From: a virus
Taxonomy: Duplodnaviria > Caudoviricetes
Virus record (IMG/VR): IMGVR_UViG_3300012920_000050
Coordinates: 1 to 55,410 of that record
Length of the DNA stretch: 55,410 nt
Direction: 5' to 3' (one strand)
Shown here: piece after piece, positions 37,687 through 47,636 of the stretch
Numbering within the stretch: the stretch's first letter is position 1
Layout: every line of letters starts with the position of its first letter
Made by a program: the position numbers and the translations under genes
Notes under the pieces: generated by a model
Seen by the model: the letters and a program-made list of their open reading frames with translations, nothing else
Told to the model about the DNA's origin: nothing
Databases searched by the model: none

Positions 37687-40600
37687 TGATCCTTACTAAG
37701 TAGTCCGCCAGGACGCTGTTCTTCGAGTATTGTTGTAACTACCTGTTGTTTAACTTTTTCTGCCAAATCTTTTTCTCTTTGCTGTTCGCCAGAAACTTCA
37801 TCTGGATTTTTCGACTCTGAGTCTGAACTTTCGGTGCTTGCGCCAGATTTATCGATGTTGATAGAAATATTTATATTGTTTGTATTGTTTCCAGAAATTC
37901 CCGAATCAGACTGCTCGAGCACAGAAGTTACTGCTCCTCCGTCATTGAACCTTCCTGCGTTTATTGCGTTTAATGTTTGAGGGCCAAGCCTTCTTGCGCT
38001 GCTTGCCTTGATCACGTACTCTCCCTCGCTTAGCATCGCGGGAATTTGGTCGATGCCAGATTTACCACTCACAAAACCCCCTTGAGCAAATGTATCTCCA
38101 GTCCGACTTGCGCCAAAGCCCAAAAAGCTAGCAAACTTAGATCCAAAAGTTGTTTTCAGGCCAAGATCAGCAGCCTGAGACTGACTCATGTTCATATATC
38201 GAAGATCGTCAGTGTTCAAAATATCTCCCCCTCCATCCATTGCCACTTCACCTGCTCCGCTTGGATTCATCACTGCCCCCAGTCCAGCGGTTAGCCCGAC
38301 ACTTAATAGTGTCCCAACAAGCATTTGCTTCATTGCTCGTTTTTTTGCAGCTTTTTCTTTTTGTCTTCTGATTCTTTCTTGAATAATTCCTCTAGTATTC
38401 TGAGCGTCCTCTTGTAGTCCAACATTTCCTGCGGCACCACTATAAAAGAATCCTGACATTTTTTCTGATTGATATTTTCTTCCTGTAGCGTAACCTTCTC
38501 CTCCTGCGAAATTCATTCCAAGCGCAGATTCTTTGTGTGGTCCGCCAGTTGAATATGACGGAATTCTTCCTCGAGCATTCAGGCTATGCATAAAACCTCC
38601 GCCGTATTTGTTTACAGCGTCGCGACCCATAATAAACTCTCCGTTTGATACCATTGCAGGAACCTGGCCTCCACGAGAAAATCCCATTGCTCCACCTACT
38701 GCCCCGACTATTTGTCCAGCCGCTCTTTGAAGCATTGCTTGTTGAATTGCTTGAAGAAATCCCATGGCTACTCCGCGAAGAACATCTCCTAGATCTTCGG
38801 CGCCATTTATTGCAGCGCCCATAGCTTCTGCAAGACCGTCTCGAAGCATCATTGGCATCTGTTTTCCAAGCTTGTGAGTAATAAGGTCGGTATCTTTTTG
38901 CATTTCTGTCATTCCATCCTTTATTCCTTCGCCAAAAGCGCCTGGACCAGTCATGCGAGCATACTCTCTTTCTTTTATTTTTTGCAATACTTCTTCCTTG
39001 TTTATTCTTTTGTTTGTTATCTCTAATTGACGCTCAAGTTCGGTAGTTATTTTTTCGATATCTTGTGACTCTTCTTTTTTTGCGTCGTTTATACTTTGTT
39101 GTAAAGTTTTTAACTCTTCTAGTTTTTGAAGTTCTTCTTTTTGTGTTTTTTGCGCCGCTTCAAATTCTTCTTTATATGTCTTTTTGTCTTCTTCAAAAGT
39201 GGGTCTTTTGCGAAACTCATCTAATTCAGTCCCGCGAGCTTTGGTATTTTTTGCTAACGTTTCAATAAAGCTAGATCCACCTTCTTTACTAAATACTTTC
39301 TCCAGGCCTTTAATTCTTTTTGCTTGAAAATCTTTTAATTTTGTTGGATCTTTAAGAACCCGGAGTCTTTCTTCTTTAGTTAAATCCATGCGGTCTGCAG
39401 CAGCTTTGATTAATGAGTTACCAGAATCTTGATAACTTTCGCGAAGCCCTTGTTGACGCTCTCCCATCAGCCTTCTATCGTTTGCAAAGATTTCAGACAT
39501 AGTTCTTGCTGGCCCAGAACTAAATCTAGCAGATTGTATCTCAGACCTTATCCCCCTAAGCTCTCCTTCGTGCTTAATTTTATTCAAGTACAGATCCATT
39601 TCTTGATTAATGTCTTTCAAAGTATCTTTTCTTTGGCCCAAAAGAATATTCATAGAAGCAGTCGCTTTGGCCTGATCATCACTTATTCTTTTTTGCTCGT
39701 CCAAAATCTCTACTTGACTTTTTAACTCAATACTTCTTCTTTCAATTATGTCTACAGATTCTACGGAATTAATTTTTTCTAATAACGCAAGAATTTCTGT
39801 GGCGCTCATTTTTTGCAGCTCGAGAGTAAGCTCCGCAAACTCGACATCCTTAGCTTCTCTGCCCGAGAATAAAACTTGCTTTAACTGTTGCTCTAAATTT
39901 CCACCGTCTTGAGTGTTTTTTATATCGTTTAATAGTCCCACTCGCATTGCATCTTGAGCAGCTCTTTCACCAAGATCTCTAGCCTCAGCATTTTTTACTA
40001 GTGATTCGTTCAACTTGATTCGGGCCTTTTGCTCTTCGGACATCAACCCCCCCATAATTTTTGTTTGATAATCAAGAACGGCTTTTTGTTTAAAATAAGA
40101 GTCTTTTATTTTTAATTGAGCCATTTTCGCTTCCTGCTGCGCGGCGAGTATTGCTCTACCGATATTCACCCTAAGCACAAGACCCTTTTGTTCGTCGCTT
40201 AGCTGTATTGCCGTTTTTTCGCTGGCGACAAGCTGTTTTTTAAAAACCTCCTCGAGGGCTTTTCTGTCTTTTATATTTGCTACATCAAGCTTATCAATCA
40301 TGGCGGCGTAAGAGTCTCTATCGAAACTTTTTTCTTGTAAAGTCAGCTTACCATCTTTGTCCCTTTCGACCATATCTTTGGCCATAAACTTCTCATCTTT
40401 TCCAACTTGATTAGCAACTAGTAGCAAAGCAGCTTTTCTTTGCTCAGCGGCGGCAATTTCAGCTTGCTCTGTTGCTTCTGCGATTTTTCTATCCCGATTT
40501 TGGCCTTGGCTAATAACAATCGCCGCGCCTGCCCCTGGCGCCATCGGCCCGCTTAGCATTCTGCCACCAACTCGAGTATCTAGTTGATAGTCTAATTTAG

Positions 40601-43600
40601 CTTGAGCTATAGCAGCATCTCTTTTAGAGATGACATCTTTTCCAGCAGCGGAAGCCAGTTCCGAAAGCTCTTTAACTCTTTCTGCAGACAAGCTTTCAGT
40701 AAAAGCAGTTTGAAGCACAGGAGAAGACAGGGCCTCTGTCATAGCTCCGGCCATTGAAGCGGCCTCTTGGGCGGTTTTTTCAGTTAGGGCTTTTGTATTT
40801 TCTTCATTTGCCCCTATTAAACCTTTTACTCCTCCGAGCAACGCTCCAACTCCTATCACAAGCGGAGCTGCTGGGCCGAACATTGGAGCAATCATTGAGG
40901 CCATCATTCCGCCTGAGGCGGCTCCTGTTAGTGCTCCTCCTGCTGCATATGCACTTGCTCCGGCTCCTGTTTGACCAGGTCCATCGCCCTGAAGAAATCC
41001 TGCGGCCATTGGAGCACCCATCATCATCATCATTCCGGAGTTACCGCTAAACATTCCTCCCAGTCGCCCAGAAGCTCGCCCAAGACGACCGCCAACTCCT
41101 GACCCTCCTGCACTTCTAACTTCAGTAGCTCTTTGTGATGTTTTTGTATCTAATCTTCGAGTTGTGCGCTCAAGTTTTTTTTCTGCCGCATCCAAATCTC
41201 TCTTTGTTTTTAAATTACTTTTTCCTTGCTTTTGTTCTTCTTGCAATTGTCTTCTTAGTTTTTTTACGTCTTTAGTTTGTTCGTTTTGGTTTTTTGTTAA
41301 GTTCTCGATTGACTCCGTTAATGCTTCATAATTTGGCATTTTTGTTGGGTCTGCTCCTTCAGAAAAAGATCTACCGAATGAGCTGTTCGCGATTTTATCC
41401 CTCATCTTGCTTATGAAATAATTTGGCACATATCCATTTGCCCCAAATACATCTCTTAATCCGTTCGGTTCGTCTGTTGTGTTTGTTACGCCTATACCCA
41501 ATGGATTACCTTTGCCAATTAAAGCTTGATGAGTTCCAACTCTTATTTGAGAGACAGGCACTCCAGCGCTTTTTTCTCTGCCTATTGCATCACTTAGTGG
41601 ATCAGCAAAGTTGGGGATATATCCGCGAGCTTGATTGCTCAACTGTCTATTAATTACTTTCTTAGCTATGCCTCCATCTGGTCCGACTGCGGAACTACCC
41701 CTTAATTTCATTTCCACAGCATCAAAAACGTATTTACTTTTTCCAGCTTTCCCAAAAAATTCTGATATTTTTTTGGCGTGTCCTCCAGTAAAATCAAAAG
41801 CTGCCCCATGTTTGCCGCCTTCACCACTGCCAGCCTCTTCCGCTACAGCAGATAAAGCGCCTCTTACCCCCATTTCAACCAGAGCTCCAATAATATCGTT
41901 TGCTTTGGTTCCCTCTGAATTTTTTGTGAAAATATTAGCTATTTTATCATCAATGTTCCGTCCGGCAGGCAAAAAAACATGGCCAACTCCCTTCGCTATG
42001 TCTTTCATAGCAATGTTCATCGGAGCCTCTACTATATCTTTTAATTTTTCACTTCCACGCTCGTCCATCTTTTTTGCAGACAAAACTTCTCCTGAAGTTA
42101 CGGGTACTATAGCTTTAGAAGGCAAAGAAACAGACACATCTGGATTTGCTCCATAAATAGACCTGTGAAGCGCTTTCAAAGGTCCAAGTGGGTCTCTGGA
42201 TGTAGCGGCATTTCTAAATGGCTTTATAAGATTAGGTTCTTTTCTGCTCAAATATCTTGTTAAGCGAGAATTTGCGCTAGCGTTATTCCCGGTATCTTCT
42301 CGATAAGTTTGTGGGCCCATCGACTGGAATTTTTGAGAATAGGAATTGGTTTGGACACCTTCGGGCCCATAACCAAATAAAATTGCCAATTTATTGTTGG
42401 GATTTAGAGATTTTAGACCTATATTCTTTATTGTAGAAGCTGGCGTTTTCCCTGCTTTACTTACTTTTTGCCCTGCTCTAACAGCGAAATTTGGAACAAA
42501 CCCACTTCCTGCATACGGATCAAATCCATGAACATCTCCAAATGCTTGCTGATAATTTTTTCCTGCTTTACTAGAAAGCGGGGGCATAATTGCAGGCTCA
42601 GTAAATCCTGCGAAATTCTTTACTTTTTCTGCACTATTGTAAATAACAGAGCCACCACCAGGCATATTCATTGATCGAATATTTCCCGCGGCATATCCTC
42701 CTTGGGCAGCTTCTTGCCTTTCGGGGTGAGCAAAATTAGGAATATAACCACTAGCCCTTCCGCGCCTTGGCGCCAAACTGGCATTGTATCCCTGTTTATA
42801 TAAAGTGCTTGCGGCTCGCTTGGCCACAGAGTCGAGCATTTGCGCTTCTGCGACTTGAGCCTTTAAAAGATTTAATATGATTTGCTCTTTTTGAGCCTTT
42901 GACGTTTCAGTGCTAAGCATCTCTTTGCTAAGAGACGCACTTCTTCCAAACAAAGCAACCAAAGAAGATTGAATTGCTTTTTGTTTTTGAGCTTCGCTTG
43001 TAACACCTATAAGAGAAACTAAACTTTCTTTAGCAAACTGAGCAGCCTTTAAAAATAGCTTGCCAAATACAACAGTAATAACAACCAAGCCTGGACCAGT
43101 TATAACATTACCAAGTCCCTTTAAAAATCCGTTCGCAAATTTACCTCCAGCACTTTCTCCGTCTCCCATAAGATTGTTTGCCCCGTCAGCTATAGATTTT
43201 ACCACATTAAGAATTTTTTCTATGCCCGGCCCAAGCATAATCTCTCCGACTCGTGCACTTACATCTTTCAACGCAAGCCCCGTTTCTGTTGCCATTGCAG
43301 CCATTGTTTGACGAAGTTGTTCGTTCTTTTGAATTGCTTCGTCTGTGGCTCCTGCAGAAATTTGAGTAGCATTAGCTAGGATACCGTTTTGCTTTGCGGC
43401 ATCACTAAGAACAGCTTTCAATACGTTGATTTGAAATACGCCACCAACAGTTTGAGCGATCTGAGCTTTTTGAGCCTCACTCAAATGATCAAAACTATTA
43501 GCCAAATCAGTTAAAATTCTTCTTGCTCCCAAAGTATTACCCTCTAAATCCCTAACGGCAATACCTAAGTTCTCTAACTGGTTTAACGTATCAGTTCTTC

Positions 43601-44372
43601 CGATACGAGTAAAAATTGTTTTAAACGAGTTACCAATAACTTTACCGCCTCGAGCAGTTTGTTGCTGAGCAGCAGTAACAAGACCAATAAGTTCATCTAT
43701 ACTAACTCCTGCGCTTTTTGCGGCTTGACCCGTACGAGCAATAGCGTCAGCAAAATCTTCTGCACTTACCGCAAACTTTACGTCAACCGCAGCAAACTTA
43801 CTAACAAGCTGAGTAGTGTCCTTAATTTCTTTGCCGTATGTGTTCATTGCGGCAGTAAGAGCTTTTACGCCTTGCGCAGAATCCATGCCCGTCAACCTAG
43901 TAAGAATAAGAGCATCTCTCGTTCTTTTGAGAGACTCTTCAACGCTCAAGCCTTGACGAGCATATTCGGTTGCAGCCTGCGCTGCAACATTAAAAGCGGC
44001 CCCTGTTTCTTTTGCAACCTTAAACAACCCATCGCTAAATCTATCAAGATTAGAAGCGGTCAGCCCCATAACAACGTTTATGTCTGCAAGAGCTTTTTCT
44101 ACCTCAACTGCGTTTTTAACCACAGCCTTAAACGAATTAGCCACGCCATTCATAATAGCCATACTCGCACCGAACGCTATAATACGAGCATTTGCAGCCT
44201 CCATCGATTTGCTGAACTCGTCAGCACCACGCTTCATATTTCCTAAGGGCTGAGTGGCGCCTTTATCATCAACAGTAACCTTGATAGGGTTTCTGCGAAT
44301 TCTATTCACAGCAGCCTGTACCGCTGCTTCGAGCGGCTGAGTATTACCGTGTACGTCTAAATTTATAGCCAT
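37683..44372 (-). CDS. tape measure protein (TP901-like core)
   Basis: AATEYARQG, AVDVKFAVSAEDFADAI, GKVIGNSFKTIFTRI; Gly/Ala hydrophobic segments; long coiled coils; IPAMLSEGEYVI. Confidence 0.92.
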   Translation of the reverse strand: MAINLDVHGNTQPLEAAVQAAVNRIRRNPIKVTVDDKGATQPLGNMKRGADEFSKSMEAANARIIAFGASMAIMNGVANSFKAVVKNAVEVEKALADINVVMGLTASNLDRFSDGLFKVAKETGAAFNVAAQAATEYARQGLSVEESLKRTRDALILTRLTGMDSAQGVKALTAAMNTYGKEIKDTTQLVSKFAAVDVKFAVSAEDFADAIARTGQAAKSAGVSIDELIGLVTAAQQQTARGGKVIGNSFKTIFTRIGRTDTLNQLENLGIAVRDLEGNTLGARRILTDLANSFDHLSEAQKAQIAQTVGGVFQINVLKAVLSDAAKQNGILANATQISAGATDEAIQKNEQLRQTMAAMATETGLALKDVSARVGEIMLGPGIEKILNVVKSIADGANNLMGDGESAGGKFANGFLKGLGNVITGPGLVVITVVFGKLFLKAAQFAKESLVSLIGVTSEAQKQKAIQSSLVALFGRSASLSKEMLSTETSKAQKEQIILNLLKAQVAEAQMLDSVAKRAASTLYKQGYNASLAPRRGRASGYIPNFAHPERQEAAQGGYAAGNIRSMNMPGGGSVIYNSAEKVKNFAGFTEPAIMPPLSSKAGKNYQQAFGDVHGFDPYAGSGFVPNFAVRAGQKVSKAGKTPASTIKNIGLKSLNPNNKLAILFGYGPEGVQTNSYSQKFQSMGPQTYREDTGNNASANSRLTRYLSRKEPNLIKPFRNAATSRDPLGPLKALHRSIYGANPDVSVSLPSKAIVPVTSGEVLSAKKMDERGSEKLKDIVEAPMNIAMKDIAKGVGHVFLPAGRNIDDKIANIFTKNSEGTKANDIIGALVEMGVRGALSAVAEEAGSGEGGKHGAAFDFTGGHAKKISEFFGKAGKSKYVFDAVEMKLRGSSAVGPDGGIAKKVINRQLSNQARGYIPNFADPLSDAIGREKSAGVPVSQIRVGTHQALIGKGNPLGIGVTNTTDEPNGLRDVFGANGYVPNYFISKMRDKIANSSFGRSFSEGADPTKMPNYEALTESIENLTKNQNEQTKDVKKLRRQLQEEQKQGKSNLKTKRDLDAAEKKLERTTRRLDTKTSQRATEVRSAGGSGVGGRLGRASGRLGGMFSGNSGMMMMMGAPMAAGFLQGDGPGQTGAGASAYAAGGALTGAASGGMMASMIAPMFGPAAPLVIGVGALLGGVKGLIGANEENTKALTEKTAQEAASMAGAMTEALSSPVLQTAFTESLSAERVKELSELASAAGKDVISKRDAAIAQAKLDYQLDTRVGGRMLSGPMAPGAGAAIVISQGQNRDRKIAEATEQAEIAAAEQRKAALLLVANQVGKDEKFMAKDMVERDKDGKLTLQEKSFDRDSYAAMIDKLDVANIKDRKALEEVFKKQLVASEKTAIQLSDEQKGLVLRVNIGRAILAAQQEAKMAQLKIKDSYFKQKAVLDYQTKIMGGLMSEEQKARIKLNESLVKNAEARDLGERAAQDAMRVGLLNDIKNTQDGGNLEQQLKQVLFSGREAKDVEFAELTLELQKMSATEILALLEKINSVESVDIIERRSIELKSQVEILDEQKRISDDQAKATASMNILLGQRKDTLKDINQEMDLYLNKIKHEGELRGIRSEIQSARFSSGPARTMSEIFANDRRLMGERQQGLRESYQDSGNSLIKAAADRMDLTKEERLRVLKDPTKLKDFQAKRIKGLEKVFSKEGGSSFIETLAKNTKARGTELDEFRKRPTFEEDKKTYKEEFEAAQKTQKEELQKLEELKTLQQSINDAKKEESQDIEKITTELERQLEITNKRINKEEVLQKIKEREYARMTGPGAFGEGIKDGMTEMQKDTDLITHKLGKQMPMMLRDGLAEAMGAAINGAEDLGDVLRGVAMGFLQAIQQAMLQRAAGQIVGAVGGAMGFSRGGQVPAMVSNGEFIMGRDAVNKYGGGFMHSLNARGRIPSYSTGGPHKESALGMNFAGGEGYATGRKYQSEKMSGFFYSGAAGNVGLQEDAQNTRGIIQERIRRQKEKAAKKRAMKQMLVGTLLSVGLTAGLGAVMNPSGAGEVAMDGGGDILNTDDLRYMNMSQSQAADLGLKTTFGSKFASFLGFGASRTGDTFAQGGFVSGKSGIDQIPAMLSEGEYVIKASSARRLGPQTLNAINAGRFNDGGAVTSVLEQSDSGISGNNTNNINISINIDKSGASTESSDSESKNPDEVSGEQQREKDLAEKVKQQVVTTILEEQRPGGLLSKDQ

Positions 44373-44374
44373 TT

Positions 44375-44405
44375 TACCTTATTCCTGTGATAAGGTATAA
44401 TACAC
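44375..44405 (-). promoter_or_regulatory. GTGTA motif plus leader hairpin covering the TMP ribosome-binding region
   Basis: Minus strand reads GTGTA TTA TACCTTAT CACAGGA ATAAGGTA AA ATG: an 8-bp stem with a 7-nt loop. Confidence 0.55.
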
Positions 44406-44410
44406 CAAAA

Positions 44411-45397
44411 TTATATCACGCCATGCAATTTCATCAAATCATCCATATTTAATGTGCCGCCCTTCTTTTTGGCCTCTTCATGAAGACTTACTCCGCCCTT
44501 TGGTTTTTCTACTCCAAGATACTCGTAATCCTCGTCTTTTGCTCCAACGATAGTTCCTGCGTCACCTTGAGATAACTTGTCTTTAGCTTTGTCTCTTTCT
44601 TCTTTTGAGCTACTACCAAATTCTAATAATTTTGCGGGATCTTTTTTTATACTTTCTGGAATATTTTCATTTGTATCAAATATATTCTTAAATACCCTAG
44701 TATAAACAATTAACCTAACTTGATTATATGTCAATTCACAAAACGGCTTGCCATAAAACTGCATACTATCTTCAGCAAAACTTAAATAAGGACTATAAAA
44801 ATCTTCTAGTATTGTATATTGTATACTTTCTTCACTAAACACTTCAAATATTTCATTGTATTTAACAACAACTTTTTTTATATCATTATGCTCTAGTTCA
44901 TCAAATTCATTTTCAGAAAAAAGCTTTTCGCTTAAATCAGAATTTTTATAAAAACTTTTAATCATATAAAAATCATTCAATCTATCTTTAGCATATTTTT
45001 CACAAGTATTACCAAGAAGCTGCATTTTTTGCGCTTGCTTTTGAACAAGCTCGTTAGTTTCTTTTTCAATCAAATCGGCCTGTCGGTCAATTTCTTTTTT
45101 AAGAACCATTTTGTTCTTTGCGGTTTTAAGGCTTTCAATGAAAAATTGCTTGTCTCTTATAAATTTATCGTCTTTTTCGCTCCATTGCCCTTCATCTTTT
45201 AGAAAGATAAGCATATCGTCCTCAGTGGGAACGCCTCTTCTTAAGGCGTCATTGTGATATTTTTCTTCTATTTCCTCAAGCTCTACCTGATCGTGAGGAG
45301 TTAAATGCTTGATGTAAACAAATTCATTATCCAGAGTTGCAGTAGAGTACCCTCTTACTACATCTCTAAATATTTTTCTTCGCCTGACAGTGTCCAC
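44411..45397 (-). CDS. probable tail assembly chaperone (T-like position)
   Basis: Helical, immediately upstream of the TMP; YIKHLTPHDQVELE...RRGVPT resembles the preceding gene. Confidence 0.55.
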   Translation of the reverse strand: MDTVRRRKIFRDVVRGYSTATLDNEFVYIKHLTPHDQVELEEIEEKYHNDALRRGVPTEDDMLIFLKDEGQWSEKDDKFIRDKQFFIESLKTAKNKMVLKKEIDRQADLIEKETNELVQKQAQKMQLLGNTCEKYAKDRLNDFYMIKSFYKNSDLSEKLFSENEFDELEHNDIKKVVVKYNEIFEVFSEESIQYTILEDFYSPYLSFAEDSMQFYGKPFCELTYNQVRLIVYTRVFKNIFDTNENIPESIKKDPAKLLEFGSSSKEERDKAKDKLSQGDAGTIVGAKDEDYEYLGVEKPKGGVSLHEEAKKKGGTLNMDDLMKLHGVI

Positions 45398-45400
45398 ATA

Positions 45401-46210
45401 TTAAACCTTGCCTTCCTCTATGTCAGAGTCAAGCTGTTCAAAGTCTTGCTTGGAGACGGCGCCCGAACTGTAGTACCAGAAGCTGTATAAAGCAGCAACT
45501 TTTCCGCCAATGATATCGTACAGTTCGTCGCCATCTTCCTCAAGTTCGTAGTATCTCTTAAGACGTTCTTCAAAATCTCGACCTTCGAATAGGGGAACAG
45601 ATTCTTCTTGATCTTCTTTTTGAATAAACGTTAAATGTAAAATATACCACTGAATCACCTTATTTTCTGCGCGAACATCTGCAGTATGATTAAATAAATT
45701 TGAATACGAAGTTTCGACATTAACGATATCTTTTCTTAGCAAGGCGATTTGCCCAGAAATTTCGTCTACTCGCTCTTTGTCGGCCTGACTTTTTTTATTC
45801 TTGATTTGCAGTTTCTCGCTTTCTTGAGAAAGCTCTCCGTACTTTATATACATTTCGGTAAGAGCCTTGGCATCTTCTTCAGCGAGAAGCCCACCTGTAT
45901 CGCTATACTTTTTCGCAAGCATAGCCTTTGTTAAAATTCCACGCTTGATGCACTTGCTAATTTCTACACTAAATTCAAGCTCCGCCTCTTCGATCTGCCT
46001 TCGAGTAGGCTGTTTCATAATTACCCTATAAGGAACAGGTTCCACCACGTCCTTGGTAACCGAGACAGTTTCTTCTTCTCCAGTCTCCTCATTCTTGACG
46101 ACCTTTTCTTCGGTCTGCCTTGTCTTTTCTTCCTTTTCGAAAGTAAAGCTATATATTTCCCGCATTTTTTTGCGAGTATCATCCATTGTTTCTGTTGCTG
46201 CTTTTGCCAT
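45401..46210 (-). CDS. probable tail assembly chaperone (G-like position)
   Basis: Acidic and helical; IMKQPTRRQIEEAE...KRGILT; position upstream of the TMP. Confidence 0.55.
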   Translation of the reverse strand: MAKAATETMDDTRKKMREIYSFTFEKEEKTRQTEEKVVKNEETGEEETVSVTKDVVEPVPYRVIMKQPTRRQIEEAELEFSVEISKCIKRGILTKAMLAKKYSDTGGLLAEEDAKALTEMYIKYGELSQESEKLQIKNKKSQADKERVDEISGQIALLRKDIVNVETSYSNLFNHTADVRAENKVIQWYILHLTFIQKEDQEESVPLFEGRDFEERLKRYYELEEDGDELYDIIGGKVAALYSFWYYSSGAVSKQDFEQLDSDIEEGKV

Positions 46211-46218
46211 AATATTTT

Positions 46219-46506
46219 TTATTTAAATGTGAACCCTATACTATAATAATCTAATTCCGATTCAATATTTCTAATTGTTTCATTACCAATATCTAAAGTT
46301 CTTTTCCTTAAATATTGCAACTTATCATCGTCGAAATAATCGGCTTGTTCGATAATAGGCACACAGCCTTCAGGCAGATTCTTTTTTAATTTATTAAAAT
46401 TAATCTGATGTTCTTTATGTAGATCCTCGAGCATAACGAGAAAACCCTTAAAAAGGGATACCGTATTCCGATTACAACATTTTTTTAGAATGTCTTCTGC
46501 GTCCAT
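46219..46506 (-). CDS. hypothetical protein
   Basis: 95-aa ORF heading the leftward tail operon; ATAAGG elements and GTGTA upstream. Confidence 0.75.
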   Translation of the reverse strand: MDAEDILKKCCNRNTVSLFKGFLVMLEDLHKEHQINFNKLKKNLPEGCVPIIEQADYFDDDKLQYLRKRTLDIGNETIRNIESELDYYSIGFTFK

Positions 46507-46527
46507 GTACCTTATACCTTATTTTGA

Positions 46528-46556
46528 TTTACACAAAAAAAATGGTTTAGTGTAAA
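46528..46556. promoter_or_regulatory. divergent pair of GTGTA putative late promoters
   Basis: TACAC 46530-46534 (minus, GTGTAAA) and GTGTAAA 46550-46556 (plus) in a 57-bp gap. Confidence 0.65.
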
Positions 46557-46563
46557 TGTATTC

Positions 46564-47025
46564 ATGGCAGAATTTTTAAACAAAGCTCAAAGAGAAGACT
46601 TAGCGTCCAAACTACTTGACCTTCATGACACATTCGGAAGAGAGATAGTTGTATATAAAGAAGCAAAGAAAGTGATCATAAGCACCGATCCATCTTACAA
46701 TCATTTATACAATAGCGCAGGGCAGACAACACCCAGTGTAAAAAATGTCCCAGAAAGAAAAGTCTTTAAAGCCAGAATTCGATATGACACAGATAGAACA
46801 TTAGAAAATTTCGGAGAGACAGATGCACAAATAAAGACGACAAGAGTTGATCCAAGCAGTTTAGTAAGAATAAAATTATTAAAAGAAGATTTTAATTATA
46901 TTAAAGATGCAAAGAGAATCGAATTAGATGGAAGAATGTTTCATATAGCATCAGACGCAAGAGCCCACGGACTATTTGATGTAGTTCAATTTTTCACCAT
47001 CTTTCTAAGACCGCTAGAGCAATGA
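46564..47025 (+). CDS. putative head-closure / head-tail joining protein
   Basis: HDTFGREIVVYK, FKARIRY, RIELDGRMFHI beta-barrel pattern; position before the tail genes. Confidence 0.5.
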   Translation: MAEFLNKAQREDLASKLLDLHDTFGREIVVYKEAKKVIISTDPSYNHLYNSAGQTTPSVKNVPERKVFKARIRYDTDRTLENFGETDAQIKTTRVDPSSLVRIKLLKEDFNYIKDAKRIELDGRMFHIASDARAHGLFDVVQFFTIFLRPLEQ

Positions 47026-47636
47026 CCAAAATATCAAATATAACTGTAAAAGCAGCCTTAAATAGGCAATTAAAAAAAGATCCTACAGTCAGGAATCAAA
47101 CAAGGATCGTTGTCGAAAAACAATTTAGGTTAGCATTTGATAAATTAATGGCAGACTTTGAATCTCATCCACTAACAAGAGAACTCAAGCATGGTCCAGC
47201 AGCATCAAACGTTACAGGAACCCTTAGAAATGGTAATGTATTTGGATTTATAGGCTTTGATGCAGACTACAATCCCATTGCCCCCATAGAAAAATTATTA
47301 AGAGGAACTAATATTTTAATAAAAAGACAATCCATGGGTTCAAAGGGATTACTCACTACATTTAGCGTCAACACACCCGAAATGAGTGCGCTTTATAGCG
47401 CCTCACCAATGCCTTGGGCAAAGGGAGCTAGCTGGCTTGAACAAATAGAGGGTTCGGGAATATCTGGGTTGGGTCAATATTTATTCAAAAGAGTTGATTC
47501 TAGTAGGTCTGGCGCAGGCATACAATTAAAGGACGCAAAAGGCTCGGGTAGGCTAAAGATACCCTACCTCAAGCCAATGCTTAAAGAATTTGAAAATAAT
47601 TTAAATAACATAACTGGAGCAATGAAAATAAAATGA
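47022..47636 (+). CDS. putative neck / tail completion protein
   Basis: Basic protein ending IPYLKPML; synteny only. Confidence 0.4.
   Translation: MTKISNITVKAALNRQLKKDPTVRNQTRIVVEKQFRLAFDKLMADFESHPLTRELKHGPAASNVTGTLRNGNVFGFIGFDADYNPIAPIEKLLRGTNILIKRQSMGSKGLLTTFSVNTPEMSALYSASPMPWAKGASWLEQIEGSGISGLGQYLFKRVDSSRSGAGIQLKDAKGSGRLKIPYLKPMLKEFENNLNNITGAMKIK

Noticed and set aside
45380-45480. Lambda-type -1 slippery site in the tail chaperone
   Set aside because: No convincing X XXY YYZ heptamer near the end of the gene, and the two ORFs are already in the same frame
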